This document shows positions 1-12,976 of a stretch of DNA of 64,000 nt, one piece after another. The position numbers were made by a program, and so were the translations under genes. The first letter of the stretch is position 1, and each line of letters starts with the position of its first letter. Source of the DNA: Macrostomum lignano. Lineage: Eukaryota. The stretch lies in NCBI GenBank assembly GCA_002269645.1, contig NIVC01001845.1, positions 118,257 to 182,256 on the forward strand, read 5' to 3'. The notes under the pieces were generated by a model that worked only from the letters and a program-made list of their open reading frames with translations, did no database searches and was not told where the DNA came from.

Positions 1-281
1 AAAAAAGAAGCTTATATCCCAAGTCTTTATGAAAGTTTCAATAATTTTTTTCAGCGCGCGTTTAAATCGTCTCCCGAAGTCTCTGTAGTACTCCGGAGTT
101 GGCGGGGCCAGGCGGGGTCGGTATTGGTAGATGCCTGTCTGGAGGCGGGGTTGGAGTCGAAGGGAGGCGAGGAGGCAGCTGAGGCGGGTGAGGCGGTTCA
201 CCCAGCGGCGGCGGGGGCGGGGGGTCGCTGGACTTCGAAGCGGGGTGGATGACCAGGGGCGGCAGGCGGACCAATTGAGTC

Positions 282-1322
282 TCAGACGGTCTGGCCCGGA
301 TGGGTCCGCATGTGCCGGCGCAGGTGCGACGAGTCGGAGAAGGCCTTGCCGCACACTGGGCACATAAAATTCTTGGCCGCCGGCGGCCGATGCGTGGCCG
401 GCGCGCCGCCCGGCGTGTGGGCGTGCAGGATATGCCGGCGCAGGTGGTCGGACCTGGCGTAGGCCTTGTCGCAATAACTGCAGCGATGGTCCTTGGTGCC
501 GCTGTGGATCTTGATATGGGTGGTGAGGCTGTAGGACCGGCTGAAGGCCTTGTGGCAGGTCGGGCAGGTGTACGGCTTGGCGTCGCTGTGAATGACGGCG
601 TGCCGCCGCAGCCTGTAGCTGGAGCCGAAGGCTTTGCCGCAGTGTTCGCAGGGAAATGCGCCAGCTGAAGCGGCCGCCTCCGCCGTGTGCGTCGCCATGT
701 GCCGCTTGAGCTTAGCCGCGTCAGCCACAATCTTGCCGCAGGTGGTGCAGGGCAAGCCTCCGGCTGGCTGAGCCTGTTGCTGCTGCAGCTGCTGCTGGGG
801 CATCGGAACAGCCACGACAGCACCGCCGGGCTCAGTCTTGACCCACTGCTGCGGCTGCTGATGCTGCTGATGATGGGCCGCCTGCTGCTGCGGCACACCA
901 GGCTGCTGAGCTTCCACCTTCTGCTGGGGCAGTAGCTGAGCAGTCGGTATGATGAAGGAATGCGGCAAAGCTTGCAGCTTCACGTGCTGGCCAGCCTGGC
1001 CAAAAAAATCGCGCGACCCAGCTGTCAGAGGCATCTGGCCACTCAGCACTTGGCCAGGCAGGACTTGGCCAGATAGCATCTGGCTTGGAAGCATCTGGCC
1101 AGATAGAATTTGGCCAGATAGTACTTGGCCAGACAGGACTTGGCCAGGCTTGACCTCAATTGCCTGAGCATAGCCGCCAGAGGTTGTTGTCACTTGAATT
1201 GGTTGGCCATCTTTGCGGAGAAAGTCGGCAGGAGCACTAGTAATGATAGTATGAGCTGGCAGCAGTGACACGCCATCAGCTGTGATCAGCTGCATGGTGA
1301 ATGGCTGCTGGAATGACGCCAT
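282..1322 (-). CDS. C2H2 zinc-finger protein (5 fingers) with Gln-rich N-terminal half, 346 aa ORF
   Basis: Five C-x2-C...H-x3/4-H motifs (CTTCGK..HMATH, CEHCGK..HAVIH, CPTCHK..HIKIH, CSYCDK..HILHAH, CPVCGK..HMRTH) and an SDAKPY linker; poly-Q tracts upstream. Additional 5' exons cannot be excluded. Confidence 0.9.
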   Translation of the reverse strand: MASFQQPFTMQLITADGVSLLPAHTIITSAPADFLRKDGQPIQVTTTSGGYAQAIEVKPGQVLSGQVLSGQILSGQMLPSQMLSGQVLPGQVLSGQMPLTAGSRDFFGQAGQHVKLQALPHSFIIPTAQLLPQQKVEAQQPGVPQQQAAHHQQHQQPQQWVKTEPGGAVVAVPMPQQQLQQQQAQPAGGLPCTTCGKIVADAAKLKRHMATHTAEAAASAGAFPCEHCGKAFGSSYRLRRHAVIHSDAKPYTCPTCHKAFSRSYSLTTHIKIHSGTKDHRCSYCDKAYARSDHLRRHILHAHTPGGAPATHRPPAAKNFMCPVCGKAFSDSSHLRRHMRTHPGQTV

Positions 1323-2945
1323 AAGGCAATTGGGATATGATATTTGATAAAAGTATGTTGCATTCAGATTATTCTTATAGCCAAAACTAGTTATCTAAAA
1401 ATTAGAAATATATTTAAGTATAAAAAATTATTATAGTACAATGCCTGTTTATTCATATTTATTCATTTATAATAACAAAATGAATAACAAAAACAGATAT
1501 AATTGTAGAATATATATACAACCAATTGAACCAAATATGAACAAAATTGCTATAAAATTTATAAAGAAAATTTATAAATAGAATTTCAAGTATATTATAA
1601 AGAAAAAATATAAATAATATAAACCATAGCCCATAGGCTGGGTCTTAAGAAAAAGTATGAGTTATTATTAATTTTTAAATTATACAATAATATGAGCATA
1701 ATAAAATAATACTTTTTAGTTCATTATCATTGACAATTTTAACTAAGTTTTAAGGTAATAACTACCAAACTATAATTGATTATTGAGTTTATTGTTATAA
1801 ATTACTGCTAAATTTGATTTTGGGTTATAAGCTTACTTATTCAGTTGATTATACAGTATTTTAAAGTAGCTTTTTAATTTGCAAAATATAATTATTAGTT
1901 ATAATAGAGGCCTAAAAAAGTCAAAACAAAAAATGAATCAATAAAATAGGCCAAATTTGAATTTATCTTTAGCCATAGGTCCTCTAGCCTAAACCTAGTT
2001 ACCTTTACTAAATAGCTTCTAGCCTTCTACTGACATCTTTTAATTCTAGTAGCAATGCTATTAATAATCTAGGTATGGAACTACAAGTCTGATAATCCAT
2101 CTTAATGGCAATGCGTTAATTTCTTAAATAATACATAGCATAATCATAATAATAATACTATGAAATGAAAGCAGCAGCAAATTAAAACTGAGAGAATAAA
2201 AATATATTGTAGAAACTTCGAGTTTCACTACAGATAAATGGTTTTTGCTGCCAATGTATGTAGCTTCGTAACTTTTGACTGTTAAAGGACATACTTATAA
2301 CTCGCGAGTGGGGGTGAGCGCCTGAGCGGGGCCAATCAGGACCAATCCGAGGGCAAAAGCGTGGTTTTAAAAATCTTTAAAAAATATGGGCTTTCTTTTG
2401 AATGCAGATTAAAACAAAAAAATGTCCAAACATTGTCAGAAAATGACGCAAATCAATTAATAATAAAATATAGTGGCAGTTTTGTACAAGGCTACATAAC
2501 AGAAGAACTAAATTTATTCTTTAAAATATCATTTTCCGGACTAAAACTCATGGTTTTAGCCCGCAATTGTGTGGTGCCACAGGCATAAACCAATTTTTTG
2601 GACCATTTGCTATTTAACCGATACTAAATGTTCAAGATCTGCCTGTCTGTCGTCCATTTGTAAGACTTTTGACTTTAACTGCAGAAATATAAAAATCGAG
2701 AACGAATGATAAATCCTGTTTTATGTTACACGAAATAAGCCCCACTAAATATCGGGTGTCAAGGTGGAAAACATTACAATACATCGATTTCGAGAGGCCA
2801 TTAAAAACATTTCATGACAAAACACATGCATACGTTCAAAAGAAAGGTGTCGCTTTATTTTCTTACGTTTACACGTGTTAGCTATACCTGTACATGTACA
2901 TGTAGGTCTACATGTATACATGTAACATGCATGTATACTTGTACC

Positions 2946-3372
2946 CAGGCGCGTCGCCACCGGGGGAACAGGGGGACATGTCCCCCGTCCCCCCAGTAAA
3001 AGCTTTGGGGGGACATGCCAATGCTTTGTCCCCCCACCCCCACACCTTTGTGAGTCGTTGTGAATTAATGTGGTATTCAATAATTTTTCTTCAGGGCGAC
3101 AAAATATAGCGCCTTCTGCGCTAAAATGAGTGCCTGCGGCGCTAATCTAAAATGAGTGCCTGCGGCGCTAAAACGAGTGCCTGCGGCGCTAATCTAAAAT
3201 GAGTGCCTGCGGCGCTAAAATGAGTGCCTGCGGCGCTAAAAGGAATGCCTGCGGCGCCAAAATGAGTGCCTGCGGCGCTAAAAAGAGTGCCCAAATTCAG
3301 TCATGTATATGTACATGTTGAATTCTGGCATGGCTTTGTCCCCCCATCATAAAATCCATGGCGATGCCCCTG
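2946..3372. mobile_element. hAT-type MITE with perfect 8-bp target-site duplication and internal 21-26 bp tandem repeat
   Basis: Imperfect TIRs CAGGCGCGTCGCCA / TGGCGATGCCCCTG; CTTGTACC on both flanks (2938-2945 and 3373-3380); internal AAAATGAGTGCCTGCGGCGCT repeats at about 3112-3290. Confidence 0.8.
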
Positions 3373-3994
3373 CTTGTACCAATAGAAAAAAAATTGTTGT
3401 TCCGGTCTGGTTATTTAGGTCAATACTTCTTAAAGACTTTTCTAATTGCTTTTCTTGAATTGACTGCGTTTCGTTCTGGGTGCTGTTCTGTAGTCCTGAT
3501 CGACTTGTCTGCTGGGTGACGCGGCGCGTACGTTGTTCCATGCAGGCGTGATCGAGACTGTCCTGTTAAATTTTCACCGGACCAAGCGACCCTGCTGTAG
3601 ACTCCAGTTGTTAGAGTCATGCTGTCCCAGACGCGGTGCATGAGGCGCTGCATCCTGATGTGTCTGCAAGCACAGTGCTTGCGAGGACAGGACTATATTG
3701 GAATATAGTAATATTATTTTTTGTCATCAGCTATAGACCGCCCCGAATCCTAAAGTCCAGTAGAAAGGATAGGAGGGACAGGATTAAGCACTCAGCACAT
3801 GTGCATTGTACAGTACAGTGGCTCTTCATCACACAGCTTAACAATGAAGTTTTTTCAACTTTAACTCTTTCAAACTCTTTCAATATGCTTTAAATGTATT
3901 TGTATGTACTTTTAAATACTGTTAGCACGTATGCTTGTTATGTCTTCACGCACGGCGACGGATACCTCGACAGTTCGATCATTAAGTGTAATAT

Positions 3995-5000
3995 GTGATG
4001 ACGCCGGACGGCCTGTCGGACTCCTTCGAGACATCCTCCGGGGTGCTCCAGGGGGACACTCTAGCGCCGTTCCTGTTCATCCTGGTGCTTGACTGGGTGC
4101 TGCTCTTCCTACCGACGAAGACGGCTTCCTACTGCGGCGACGCGTGGGTCGACGTCAACCGGAGAAACGGCTCAGCGTGCTTGGCTACGCCGATGACCTC
4201 GCCCTGCTGTCCTCGACCGTAAAGGGGGCGCCCAGCGCCAGCTGGACAAGCTGGTTAGCACTGCAGCGAGCGCCGGCCTGCATGGTGGTCAACACGAAGA
4301 AGACAGTTATGCTCTGCGTGCCGGGCGACATCTATCGAGGCCGCAATTTTCCTCCGAGGCGCTGACGGGCAGGTAACGGAGCTTCCGCGCTGTCAGCAGT
4401 TAATTCGTCTACCTCGGCGGTCTGGTACCTGACGTCCGCAAAGATCTGCGGCGTCACCGCGGGCTCGCTTGGGCTGCCTTTCGTTTTGTGAGGGCGGTTC
4501 TGCAGTCCGCGGCCCTACCTGACCGCCAGAAGGCGGCGCTGTTCCAGGCGGTGGTCGAGATCGTTCTGTTGTACAACGCCGAGACCTGGACGCTGATGGA
4601 TTCGCTCGAACAGCAAGTCAACGCGGCGCACGCTGGCCTTCTGCGCGCCGCCTTTATGATCAGCGACGAGCGGATCACCAACGCGGCACTCTATCGCCGC
4701 ACCGGCCTGGCCCGTCCAAGTGAACTGCTGCGACTTCGGCGACTCCAGCTGGCAGGCCACATCATCCGCGTCGAGTCCTACTGTCCGCAGCCGGTGCAGG
4801 AGGTGCTGCTGCTAACGCTGCAGGCACCCTACCGGCGCGGCCAGGCCCGAACTCGGCGTTTCGTCGACTGCCTGATGGCCGACGCTGGCGCCCCGGACTC
4901 TGCCGGTGGTGCGGCCTTTGTTCGCGCCCAGGCTCTGAAGCGTGCGCTGTGACGCAGCTAGCATTTTTCCACCTGACAGCGTGTTTTGTTGTTGTTGTTG
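3995..5000 (+). mobile_element. 5'-truncated, frameshifted non-LTR retrotransposon (reverse transcriptase C-terminal part)
   Basis: RT motifs SGVLQGDTLAPFLFILVLDWVL and GYADDLALL lie in different frames; downstream LFQAVVEIVLLYNAETWTL and RRLQLAGH are typical of RTE-like RT tails; (TTG)n tail at about 4985-5000. Confidence 0.85.
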
Positions 5001-5869
5001 ATATGCAAGTGACATTTAAATAAAAAATCCGTTCTGTAGAGAGTCAACTCACCAGGAATTCACCTGTACAGAGTGGAGACCACCATAAACAGCTGTTGGT
5101 ATAGATGCTTGGTTTGGTAGTTGTTTGAAGACACGTCAACACAATTCAATATTCTGTTGCACTGTTGTACTGCTGTCCACAGAACTGTGCTGTCTGTGCT
5201 GTGGTCTGTTAACAAACATTTTGAATGCATAACCTACCATTCAGTAGTATATTTTATAATCCTTAGTACAAGGTTACCAGGAAGCGACCTTTCCAACTTC
5301 GCAGCTGCAGCTAGTCATAAAAACGCGGCTTTTACTTTTTGACCATAGATAGCTGCAGTCTGCTTGCTGACCACCGGCAGCACAAATTTAGTTCATGAAG
5401 CAGCTTCAGCTTTATAACAAGGCCTTCTTAATCAGCCTGAGTGTCTTAATCACCCAGGACGGGAAACTCGCAAATCATGGTGAAAAAAGCTTCATCTCAA
5501 GAATTACCCCAAGTTCACCTTAAGAATCGCCTCTAATCCACCTTAACAATTGACCCTTTACCATGCATGATTGTGAGTTTCCAGTCCTGCAGAGTGCTCA
5601 AGAAGTCCCTGCTTCATAATAGTTTTATTTTTAAACGGCAATTTATATTTGTATTGATGTATGGCTGTATGTATATAGTCTGCTATTTATTCCCCACTTG
5701 GACACTCGATCTAAATAAGTCTATGCTAACGTCCATTTATTTTATTTGGCCGGGTAAATAAACGGGCCAATAAAACGGAGACAAAAACAGATGTTAACAC
5801 ATAGAAAAATGTTTCTTTTCTATTGAAGAAAATGCTAATGCGAAGCCTCGGGGTTTCAAGAAACAAATC

Positions 5870-6900
5870 TTCAGCCATTGCCTACGAGCCATACGAATGT
5901 CCACCATGAGCTATGTCTGTCACGTGACAGGTTTCAGCTCATCATTCGACTGGTTTCGCTGCTACGATTGCACGGATGTGAACAAACCATTCCACTGTGC
6001 AAGATCAGACCTTTTTTAAACAAAGTCCAGTCCATCTGCCAAAATCTGCACGTGCCTCATCAAAATATTTTTGTTGAAGAGCCATTGCTAATTTACAAAG
6101 GTCGGCTCCATTTTCTGTAATAAATGCCTAACAAAAAGGCAAAGCTCGGCATCAAGCTGTACTGTCTAGCCGAATCGAACAGCGGCTATTTGTGCAACTT
6201 TCTGATCCACTCGACTGCGGCCCAAAACAACCTGTTCGGCCAGGATGCGCAGCTGACTGGTTGCTCCAAGAGACACTCTGTTGACAGGCACAGTGCAAGC
6301 ACAACGCGGTGTTCCCGCGGCTCTAAAGCAGCAGATGTTGCACCCACCATCCAACGCCTTTTCTAGGCGTGGGGATCTGCTTGCTGTAAAGATTGTGGAT
6401 CGGCGAGCCTCTGGCCTAAAGACCGTGTACATGCTATACACAGCCAAAGTGTGTGCAAGCTACGAGGCGATCAGGTGCAGCAACTGCTGAAGTCTCAAAC
6501 AGCTCTAGACTACAATCAAAGCATGGGAAAGAGTGGACAAATGGACGCTAGTTGTGAGCCCTAAAAGACAAGTAAAAGAAAACAGAAGTGGTTTTTCAAG
6601 CTGGCCTCCTATCTCTTGCTGCAACTTGTTTGCGATTCCTTTATCACCTATAAGCACATTGGCGTGTCCCGCACGTTCTTGCACTATTTAGTAGCATGCC
6701 AGCGAATTTTAGTCTGCGATACCGGCATTGGGCGCTTGCGAGGTGGAAGGCTCCCACCGAATGCATCTGCCAACGCGCTTGCCACCTGCTGCCACACAGC
6801 GACATCCGACAAAGCACTGTCGAGTTTGCAGCAATGCTGGCCTGCAGAAGCAAACTGTCTTTCTCTGCGCCGCTTGCAACGGGCAGCCAAGTTTGTACCT
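5870..6900 (+). mobile_element. Decayed piggyBac-like transposase
   Basis: LSRDRFQLI, KIRPFLNKVQ, IYKGRLHFL*MPNKKAKLGIKLYCLAESNSGYL core motifs and a C-terminal Cys-rich domain (KHCRVC..TVFLCAAC..SLYLEPCF); stops and frameshifts throughout. No TTAA-flanked ends recognised. Confidence 0.8.
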
Positions 6901-6997
6901 TGAGCCATGCTTCATAGCATGCTTCAGAGCCATGCTTCTCAATGAGCCATGCTTCAGAGCATGGCACGAGGCCCAAAACCAAAATCACATGCTGCTG

Positions 6998-7409
6998 GGG
7001 GGTGTTTTACGAACCAAAGTTCAAGCTTAAGATCAAACTTGTAAACTGCAATGCCATGTGTCAACTTTAGGAGCGATCCGCTGGCCCTTGACGATGGCGA
7101 ACTACTGAAGCGCTACAGGTTTCCCAATGAACAAGAAGTACTATAAGCTGTGACCGTGTCTCTGCTGGCTAAAATAAGGCATATATAAAACGGCTAAAGT
7201 TTGACGCCACGCGGAATTAGTCTATGGTCAACCCTATCTTAAACTTTCTCGTCCACAACCAAAGCTCGACCTCAGCAAAGATCGAGGTTAGAAGTTACTC
7301 CTACGAGCGTAAGTGTTTTAAAACGCATTTACGGCTCAGTCTTAAGTTTGAGCCTAAGTTGGAACTTAGGAGTCAGTCTTAAGACGTACGCAGTTTGTAA
7401 AACACCCCC
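6998..7409. mobile_element. PIF/Harbinger-type non-autonomous element (412 bp) with 3-bp CTG TSD
   Basis: TIRs GGGGGTGTTTTACGAAC / GTTTGTAAAACACCCCC (1 mismatch); CTG at 6995-6997 and 7410-7412; internal RSDPLALDDGELLKRYRFP resembles the Harbinger transposase N-terminus. Confidence 0.8.
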
Positions 7410-9106
7410 CTGGAATATGATGGAAGAGGCTACTTGACACTGGTTTTCACATGAATAGCAGCCTTGTCATTTATTTTCATGTTATTTTCTCTCTACTTTG
7501 TAACTATGCTGCTTTCTATCTTGCTATGTTGTTGTTTTCTGGGCTGGCTTTCTAATAGTATGCTACCCGTCTTGTTGCATCAAAGATTGTTACATCAAAT
7601 AAAAGTCGTGTAATTCTAAAATCAAATCTTAGTTCAATTCCATACGTTTTTTATCCAAGTTTAATTTCCAGCTGAATAATTTTTGCGGAAGCTCTAACTG
7701 CCGACTGCTGGAGATAAAAGGGGTGCTGGGGTAGGAAGTTTGTCTGCCATAGACGCAGAAACTCTGAATGGGAGGGAGTCGGGGTGAGTCTAGAAATCTC
7801 CAAAATACAGTACAAACAGACTACTAGAAGTAGTGAGATTAAATGCAAAAAAAACAAAATTATGTCCCGCGATCGTAACCTATTCTTATAAGTATCACGA
7901 AAGCAGCAAATGACAATTTCATTGTGCGAAAAACTGGTTCACAACATTTAATTTTAGAACTCCCAAATACAGCAAACTTTAACCTGAAATTTACCTAAGT
8001 TTCACTGTTTCTATTAAAAAACCCCACCTGTCAAATAATGAAAATTCCTTTCGTGAACTCATAAAAACCAGTTTGAGCTCGAGGTCGACTCAAATTGTGT
8101 ATAAATACAAGCAAAAAATCCGAGCTGAAATCCCAGAATTGGAGCAGCCTCACAAGATCTTGAGCTTTGCCAGAGCAGCGGAGCGAGGCTATATCTCTGT
8201 GGGAAACAAATACCGATTGGTAAGCCTTTGTTCGAGTCTTTGTTATTTTATTATTGAGAGTGATTTTTTTGCCGGCTGTTACTGATCAGTTGATTTTACT
8301 GAGTTCATTGAATTTGAGGCCTCCCTTTTCTTAAGGGATAGGATAGGATCTGCGGACCGATTCCGATACTCTTAGAGGATTATCGATTTGATTGATTTTG
8401 GTACCCTAGAGTAACCGTTAGGAGCACACGACTCCGATTCCGTTATTTCTATAGAAGAAGACGCCCTTTATGGAGGACCTCGTCATTGTTATAGAGTTGA
8501 TTTTGTTATTAGGGCGCATTTCTCATTTTTGCACTCGAGGAATACTTCCACGTCGATGGATTAAATTGTTACTATTTTCTGAATTCAAGAAGACAACTCC
8601 GCAAGAAGACTACGAGTTCTACAGACCTGCACGACAAAGAAGAGGAGCCCGCACCAGTAGGTGATCACTGAATTTTGTTCCCAGGCTTGAGGTCTGGAAG
8701 TGGGAGTTCGTGCGTTTAGACACTGGACTTAATTCTCTCTCTCTCTTTTCTTTCCCTCTCTCTCTTGTGTGCTAAAGCAAACTCTTCATGATCTTGCTTG
8801 CAGAGCTGCTACTGGGAAATGAATCGTTAACTAATTAACTCGACTAATTTTTAGAGGCACTTAAGCACTCATTAAATTTGTCATAGTCAAAAATCAGCCT
8901 TTAGGATAATGCAATCGTCTATGGTTAAACCATGAGCACATTTATTTTTTTTTTCACTTAAACTTCAGGATAATGATTTCAAACTCGGGATACTGGACAC
9001 CTATTTTTAGAACAAAACAGCAAACACCAAACAACAAAAGATTAGCGCTATGGAAAGTTAATTGTGCAGTATCAATATGGCGCAATTGTCATAGTGCCGA
9101 AGACCA

Positions 9107-9450
9107 TTACAGATTGCAATTGTTGAAAGTGCAGTTGTTCATAATAAAGATATTCCGACCGTTCATCTGACGACCATCAGACACGCTCACTGCTTCTTGC
9201 ACGATGGAACTTTGGATGCTGATGTCAGCAGGCATTGTTACTTGACCGTGGGTCGCGGCGCTTTGTCCCATGTTCAACGCACGCGACACTGCATCGCTGC
9301 ATTGTTGCAGGGACTTGTCCCGTTTAACTGCCAGGTAGCGCCGGACCGTGCTCTCGGACTTTTGACCCGTGATAGCCATGATCTCGCTCATCGAATGCCC
9401 AGCCGATTCCAGGTCTCAAGAAAGTGCAAGAAGTTCAAAAAGTCTTCGTT
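9107..9450 (-). mobile_element. Tyrosine-recombinase C-terminal remnant (Crypton-like)
   Basis: Reading upstream of the tracked ORF gives ALS*DLESAGHSMSEIMAITGQKSESTVRRY, matching the YR box II pattern IM-x-x-TGH-K/R-S-x-x-S-x-x-x-Y; His is replaced by Gln and there is an in-frame stop. Confidence 0.55.
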
Positions 9451-11019
9451 ATCCTTCATGTCCTTCTGAGATGTGGAAAGTCTTGAGATCCAATTGAGTT
9501 CGCTGCTAGATACGTTGGCTAAACTTTCGACAGGCAGATTGCCCCAGTTGATCGGATATGACGTCTGGTTCTCCATGGCCAAGCGAATGTAGCTATTTAC
9601 GTTTTATTCTCTCTTTCTCTCCACATCTCCTTCCTTTCCACCCTCTTAACCCCCAGCCTGTTTGCAACTTCGTTGTCCATGGCCCAAACTCCAGTAAACC
9701 ACCTCAGTCTTTATGCCTCTCTCTCCTCGGTAACCCCTCTCTCCTTTCGATGCCCTTTTTGTCTATGGCCCCACTGAAATTCGACAATGCGGTTATTCGT
9801 AAGTGAGACTTTTAGGATAATAGTCCGGCTCATGAGTGCGGGTTGAGTGCAGCTACGCTGTGAGCAGTTGCTGCCGGAGTGGGCACAAACGCATTGCACT
9901 AATTAATGTAATTCATTGAAACTTTTCATATTTTCTTTCATATTTTATAATGAAATTTAATCTTAACAATGGAGCTAAATAGGTAACCAAGACAGTTCTA
10001 AGCTATCAGCAGAACATGACATGCAATCCAAGTAAAACATGTGAGAAATCAGCCATCTCTAACGCAAAATTTTCTGTAGTGCTTTTCTGAAAGACTCGAA
10101 ATGTCAACGGATTCTAAGTCGAATGAAAAGCCTGGGGAAGGCTGGAAAGAGATGGGATTGGCGGATTAGCATATGGGTCAAGTAAGGTAATGCGCCCGAG
10201 GAGTGGCTGCTTGGTTGTTTCTAAAATTAGCCAGGCGGAGGCAGCGACAGGGACATGGCTTTGCGGCCGCTGAGAGAAGAAGGGATCATTGCTTGCCATG
10301 CGCTATTGAGTTAACAGAAAGAATGGGATGGCAAGGGAAGCGGCGGCTTGCAGGTTGCAAAAAACAAAAAACCGATGCACGAGCCAGCTCGTCTCTCTGT
10401 CCCTTTGCAGTACCACTAGGGGCGAGCAGGATCGCGGGTCGTGGAGGTCCTTGGATTAGAGATAGAAAAAGGGACGAGATAATTAGTGCTCATCAGAAAA
10501 TCCTCTCTCCACTATGTGTACTCTTCTGCCGTTTCTCTCCTCAAAGGGGAAGACGAAACTCTCCATTCCCTTTTTCTCTCACTCACAGGATCGCTCTCCA
10601 TCACTGTCCCTCTGCACCCGGCTGTACGCCTAGGGAGCATTGCCGCTTTCTAAACGATGGGCGAAGGACGAGTTTCCCAGGTAACGGCTATATCGATCGG
10701 GAGATTTTGCCCCTCCTAGCTCTCTCTCTTCTTACGCGTCTCTAAAAAAACAGAAACTCTCATCTTTTGCCTAATGCTTTGTTAGGCTTGATAGAAAAAT
10801 TTCTGGCATTTCAACTCGACATTCGCCGGACAGATTCTAACACAGGAAGTCAAAAGGACACGAAAACACATTCGATTTCCCAGGAAACCGACTTTTAGGC
10901 ATGTAAGTATACGTACGTTAAATTACATAGATAAAGATGCTTCTCCACTGACTCAAGCCCTCAAAATGTACTAAAAAAACATATTTCAGCAGCAACATAT
11001 CAAAAACAAGCCAAGAGTC

Positions 11020-12976
11020 ATGAGCTGCAGCACGTCTCTAGCGAAGATGATTCTCTTCATCTTTAATATTGTCTTCTTCCTGCTGGGAGCCGCCAGCGTC
11101 GGCGTGGGAATATGGGTTGCCGTCAACAAGAGCGACCTATTTCGAGTCATCAATCTAATCGATGCCCGAGTGGATCAGGGCGACAACAAGGGCCAGATAG
11201 ACTCGGTAGCCAATCAGAACGGCCTGGTCATGGTGGCCGGATTCATTCTCATCGGGATCGGCGCTTTCACGCTAGTCGTGGGCTTCTGCGGCTGCTGCGG
11301 CGCCGTCAAGGAGTCCAAGTGCCTGCTGGGAATGGTGAGGGTTTGTTTGCTGGTTTTGAACGGCTCAGAGCTCTTAAATTTTACGTTGGCTTAGCCGGTG
11401 GGATAAAGGCACATGGTTCGCTTTCGCGTCGCAGGACATTTAGCACTCACATGATTGACATCCCACTATTGACAACTCTGACAGTTTCTAACCAACACCT
11501 TTCGCGCTCACAGCTCTTAGTCGTGCTCTATACAGCTAGTATATTTTACGACTGTAAACATGTAGTAGGTGTCAATCCTTGAATGAATATACCATCAGTA
11601 CTTAAGTAGATTATTTCGATCTTATACGTTTTCTATTGTTGAAAGCTTACCTAGACTCAACTAACATAGCGACATATTATGGTACTTCGATGCGATTACG
11701 TTCCCGCCAACCGTCCGCAGTACGCCTTCCTGGTCGGCCTGGTGCTGGCTGTGGAGGTCGCCGCTGCCATTCTGGCTGCAGTGTACCAGGCTCGCATCCG
11801 CACCGCCGCCGAAGACGGCATGTACGGCCTGCAGGAGAAGATGTTCGTAGCTATGACCGACTACCTAAGCGACTCAACTAGCGATAATAATAAAACTGTT
11901 ACAACCCTGATCAACTATCTGCAGATGTCGGTGAGCTTTTCTGCGCATCTATTGCAGGGTGGGAACTTTATACGATAAATTATGCTGAAATGTTAAAATA
12001 CCACAAAGAGGGTGTCAACTTATGGCTCTAAAGAGGGCCCAAAGTAAAGCTTTGGACCAAACGGACTTCACTGGATACCAATTATCCCCTTTATCCCCTG
12101 GGAGACCAAGAGAGGGAGCTGGACGGTGTGTCTCAGCGTTTTAGCCATCGCTTTGTACGAATCGAGAGTTCCATTGTCAAGAATTAATTTGTTTGATTGT
12201 TTATTGGTGTCCTGTCAAAAGGTTTAGGCCTTCTGTCAGTATTCTATTAAACTGCTGGCTATGACATTCTCTGCAAAATTGCTTCAGTTCGACTGCTGCG
12301 GAGCCAAAAAGCCAGGCGACATTGCCAACAGCAGCAGCTGGCTCCTGTCCAACCGCAGCTGGGAGGGCCGCGAGCTTCAAACGCCCATCACCTGCTGCCA
12401 GATTCGCCAGGATCAAAAGACTGCAGCCGCTGCCCCAGGCTATAATTGGGTTTCCAAACTCAATGGTACTCTAGTGGATCCCAGCTGCCCCTTTACTGGC
12501 ACCACGCAGCACACTAAGGTAAGTTTGTTCTATATGAACCTACTGCTCTCCGTGTGTCAAGCGAGAGCGTCATTCTTTAGGAATGACAATACTGGAAAAT
12601 CCCCCCAACTGAATTACAGACTTGCTACAGTGGCATCATGGATTTCATCGGCAAGTTTGCCGGGCCACTAATTGGCGTCTGCGCTGGCATCGCCGTGTTT
12701 GAGGTGAGTCATTTGTTATTTAACTCTATACGTCACAGGCATGCGAATTTGTAGTCTTTTGCTTTCAATAAATAATTTCCGCAACGCATAAACATCATTA
12801 TTACATGCGTTCCTACTCTCGTAAAGCTCAGAAGGTTCGGAAGATCCTTGATTGAAATACTTCTACAAGACTTAATGAGAATTTATGATCAAAATGAGCC
12901 AATAAAAATCCCATTGCAGCTATTCTGCATCATCGTGGCCTGCTGCCTGGTGAGGGCCATCGAACCGAAGGACTGA
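11020..12976 (+). CDS. Tetraspanin 1 (298 aa); exons 11020-11334, 11721-11930, 12288-12518, 12620-12703, 12920-12976
   Basis: Four hydrophobic segments, GFCGCCGAVKESKCLL loop, EC2 with CCG, TPITCC and two further Cys; all introns GT-AG and phase 0; the joined frame is open to TGA. Confidence 0.93.

Noticed and set aside
62-898. 278-aa alternative-frame ORF overlapping the zinc-finger gene
   Set aside because: Frame shadow of GC-rich coding sequence with no recognisable domain.
1330-2345. AT-rich block and twin CCAAT boxes as promoter and first intron of the zinc-finger gene
   Set aside because: A donor-like GTATGT exists near 2292 but no convincing acceptor lies upstream of the ATG, so the structure cannot be supported.
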